DNA of 64,000 nucleotides from Perkinsela sp. CCAP 1560/9. Taxonomy: Eukaryota; Protista; Euglenozoa: Kinetoplastea. Location: contig CBFFSA010000001.1 of assembly GCA_965644495.1 (NCBI GenBank), positions 3,534,001 to 3,598,000 on the forward strand. Direction: 5' to 3'. Position 1 is the first letter of the stretch. Every line of letters starts with the position of its first letter. The translations under genes and the position numbers were made by a program. A model generated the notes under the pieces. It did not search any database and was not told where the DNA came from. It saw only the letters and a list, made by a program, of their open reading frames with translations. Below are positions 61,813 through 64,000 of this stretch, piece by piece.

Positions 61813-63255
61813 ATGAAAATAGATATTCATGCCAAGAGAGCTTCCTACGCACAGCAGAGAGGAGCATCCTGTGAATTTAAACCTGAACGGCACGAACAGC
61901 CATCGAATGAGCCTAGGTATGTGCTTCCATCATCAGATTTGGATGACTGCGATAAAAATCAAAAGGTTGAAACTACAGTCACTCCGTGGGAGGTGCAAGG
62001 TGAAGTCGATTACGAAAAGTTGATTCGCGATTTTGGAAGTGAACCTATAACTGCGGATATGGTTGAAAGTCTTAAAATTTTGACAAACTCACGACCCCAC
62101 CATTTCTTATCTCGTAACATTTTCTTTAGTCATCGTGATTTTCATCGTATTTTACAGGCACACTCTAGTGGGACGCCTTTTTACCTGTATACAGGAAGAG
62201 GGCCTTCCTCCGAGGCCATGCATTTGGGTCACCTTGTCCCGTTTCTCTTTACAAAGTGGTTACAAGACGTTTTTGACGTTCCTTTGGTGATACAAATTAC
62301 GGATGACGAGAAGTACCTTTGGAAAGACATCACGATGGAGAAAATGGACCGCATCGCGCATGAAAACATTAAGGACATCATTGCTTTGGGTTTCAATCCC
62401 CAGAAAACGTTTATCTTTAAAAACTACGAATACCTTGGATCTATGTACCGCGTGGTGTCAAAGATTCAACGCGGTGTCACTGCCTCCCAGGCGCGTAATT
62501 GCTTTGGCTTTCGTATGGAAGACAACATTGGAAAGTGGTCCTTCCCAGCCATTCAAGCCGCTCCCTCTTTTGCTGCAGCTTTTCCTCATCTCTTCCCAAT
62601 GCCAGAAAAAGAACAGAGGAACGTACTGTGTCTCATTCCTTGTGCGATTGACCAGGACCCCTACTTTCGTCTCACGCGGGATATTGCACCGAGGCTGGGG
62701 TGGCCCAAACCTGCGCTACTGCACAGCATCTTCTTCCCCGCTTTGGTCGGTCCACATACCAAGATGAGTGCCTCCGCCTCTCACACGTGCATTTACCTCA
62801 CCGATACACCGGAAATGATAAAAGATAAAATCTCTCGGTATGCTTTTAGTGGCGGGGGCGCGACGCGTCGAGAGCATCTAACCCTTGGGGGGCACGCGGA
62901 GATAGACGTCCCGTTACAATGGCTGCGATTTTTTATGGAGGATGAGAATAAACTCGCGGAGCTCACCTGGGGGTACCGCACGGGACGAGTCTCCACGTCT
63001 GAAGTGAAGAAAGTGCTTATTGAGGTGCTGCAGAAAATAGTAGCGGAACATCAACGAGCTAGGGCATTGGTCACAGATGCTGATGTCAAATCATTTACTT
63101 GTGTGCTTTCAAACAAACCAAAGAATCAAGGAGAAAACGTGACCAACAGAACATCTGTTAACAAGAAATGTATGCGTGAGAAACTCACGAAGTTTTGGAC
63201 TGCTGCATGTCTTCGTCTCAGCAAAAGCAAAGCATGCTTTCGGAATTTGATTTGA
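61813..63255 (+). CDS. WARS: Tryptophanyl-tRNA synthetase (eukaryotic type)
   Basis: VTPWEV, YLYTGRGPSS, MHLGH, CAIDQDPYFR, KMSAS, AFSGG. Confidence 0.96.
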   Translation: MKIDIHAKRASYAQQRGASCEFKPERHEQPSNEPRYVLPSSDLDDCDKNQKVETTVTPWEVQGEVDYEKLIRDFGSEPITADMVESLKILTNSRPHHFLSRNIFFSHRDFHRILQAHSSGTPFYLYTGRGPSSEAMHLGHLVPFLFTKWLQDVFDVPLVIQITDDEKYLWKDITMEKMDRIAHENIKDIIALGFNPQKTFIFKNYEYLGSMYRVVSKIQRGVTASQARNCFGFRMEDNIGKWSFPAIQAAPSFAAAFPHLFPMPEKEQRNVLCLIPCAIDQDPYFRLTRDIAPRLGWPKPALLHSIFFPALVGPHTKMSASASHTCIYLTDTPEMIKDKISRYAFSGGGATRREHLTLGGHAEIDVPLQWLRFFMEDENKLAELTWGYRTGRVSTSEVKKVLIEVLQKIVAEHQRARALVTDADVKSFTCVLSNKPKNQGENVTNRTSVNKKCMREKLTKFWTAACLRLSKSKACFRNLI

Positions 63256-63806
63256 TGTATTGTAGTTTTTTAGTCCATTGTCTGGAACAATGTCCACTGC
63301 TCATTTTAAATAAGCGTCTTGTCGGGTAAAAAATTATTTACCGTATTTTATGGACATGATACACATTGCTTACTACGTGGAGAGCGTAAGTTCATAGTTT
63401 GAGTTAAATCTTTGAGTATCTGTTGCGGACAGAAGGATAATTTTCAAACGATACTTTTCTGTTAATGCATTGATCAACACATCTTCCAGTGTAAACAACA
63501 CAGGTACTGGCAGAGGTATTGAGTCTGGAAGCCTCGAAAGGATTCGAATCACTCAGCCTCCTTGGTAGCCACGAGGCACTTGGCCTTGAGGCTGAGGCCG
63601 ATGCACTTAGTTTCCCTTCCTAGGGAAGACATTGCCTGAGCATACAAGGAGAGAGCAGCAATAGTTACATCAACCAAGTTGAAATCCGTGGAAAACTTGT
63701 CCGTGCATTTTTGTGTACCTATTTATAAAAGCATGAGGCCGAGGTGGTCCCCCTGCCTCAATCCCTTGCTGATGATAATCTTTTCATCTCAAAATACTAC
63801 CGTATA

Positions 63807-64000
63807 CGGGGGGGGGGGCACGAAAACTAACAAGGTCCGCATTTTAGCGTCCTGAGGCCGTTTGAGCTGATTTTTGTCGCAAACGAGAGATCTCGTTCTG
63901 AATATCGTGTCTACACTATTTGGATCCCGTTTCTTCTCAAAAACAATTATTTACAAAATACTGGAATTTTGGCCAAAATATTTTGCAAAAAGTACTGAAA
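63807..64000 (+). mobile_element. Probable left end of another Tc1-like element (runs off window)
   Basis: TA|CGGGGGGGGGGGCACGAAAA resembles the terminus TA|CAGGGGGGGTCACGAAAA at 4958. Confidence 0.45.

Noticed and set aside
1-64000. tRNA or rRNA genes
   Set aside because: None recognised by eye; tRNAscan-SE and Infernal would be needed to exclude them.

Overview
Eukaryotic, intron-free, gene-dense DNA. About 25 host genes all lie head-to-tail on the + strand, as in a kinetoplastid polycistronic gene cluster. The compact layout, kinetoplastid-type mitochondrial proteins and small LRR family suggest a Perkinsela-like organism; this is inference only. Recognisable genes: SR/RRM protein, SOD-fold protein, DEAD-box helicase, mitochondrial uS9m, SWR1, lipin, clathrin light chain, PIMT, patatin-like protein, SAM-CCCH-KH-helicase protein, RPL13, VPS52, large PPR protein, CPSF100, TrpRS, and six dispersed LRR paralogs. 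Between them are islands of nested mobile DNA: PIF/Harbinger-like, Tc1/mariner and Merlin remnants, a recent 5'-truncated CRE-like RT-RLE retrotransposon with an 11-bp TSD, and a Gag-only element with 42-bp inverted termini. Two unexplained signals stand out: (i) a two-copy element family built from the 11-mer GAGGGAGATAC, ending in a long nested hairpin whose arms co-vary between copies; (ii) repeated sharp C-rich to G-rich strand-skew switches centred inside unrelated genes.
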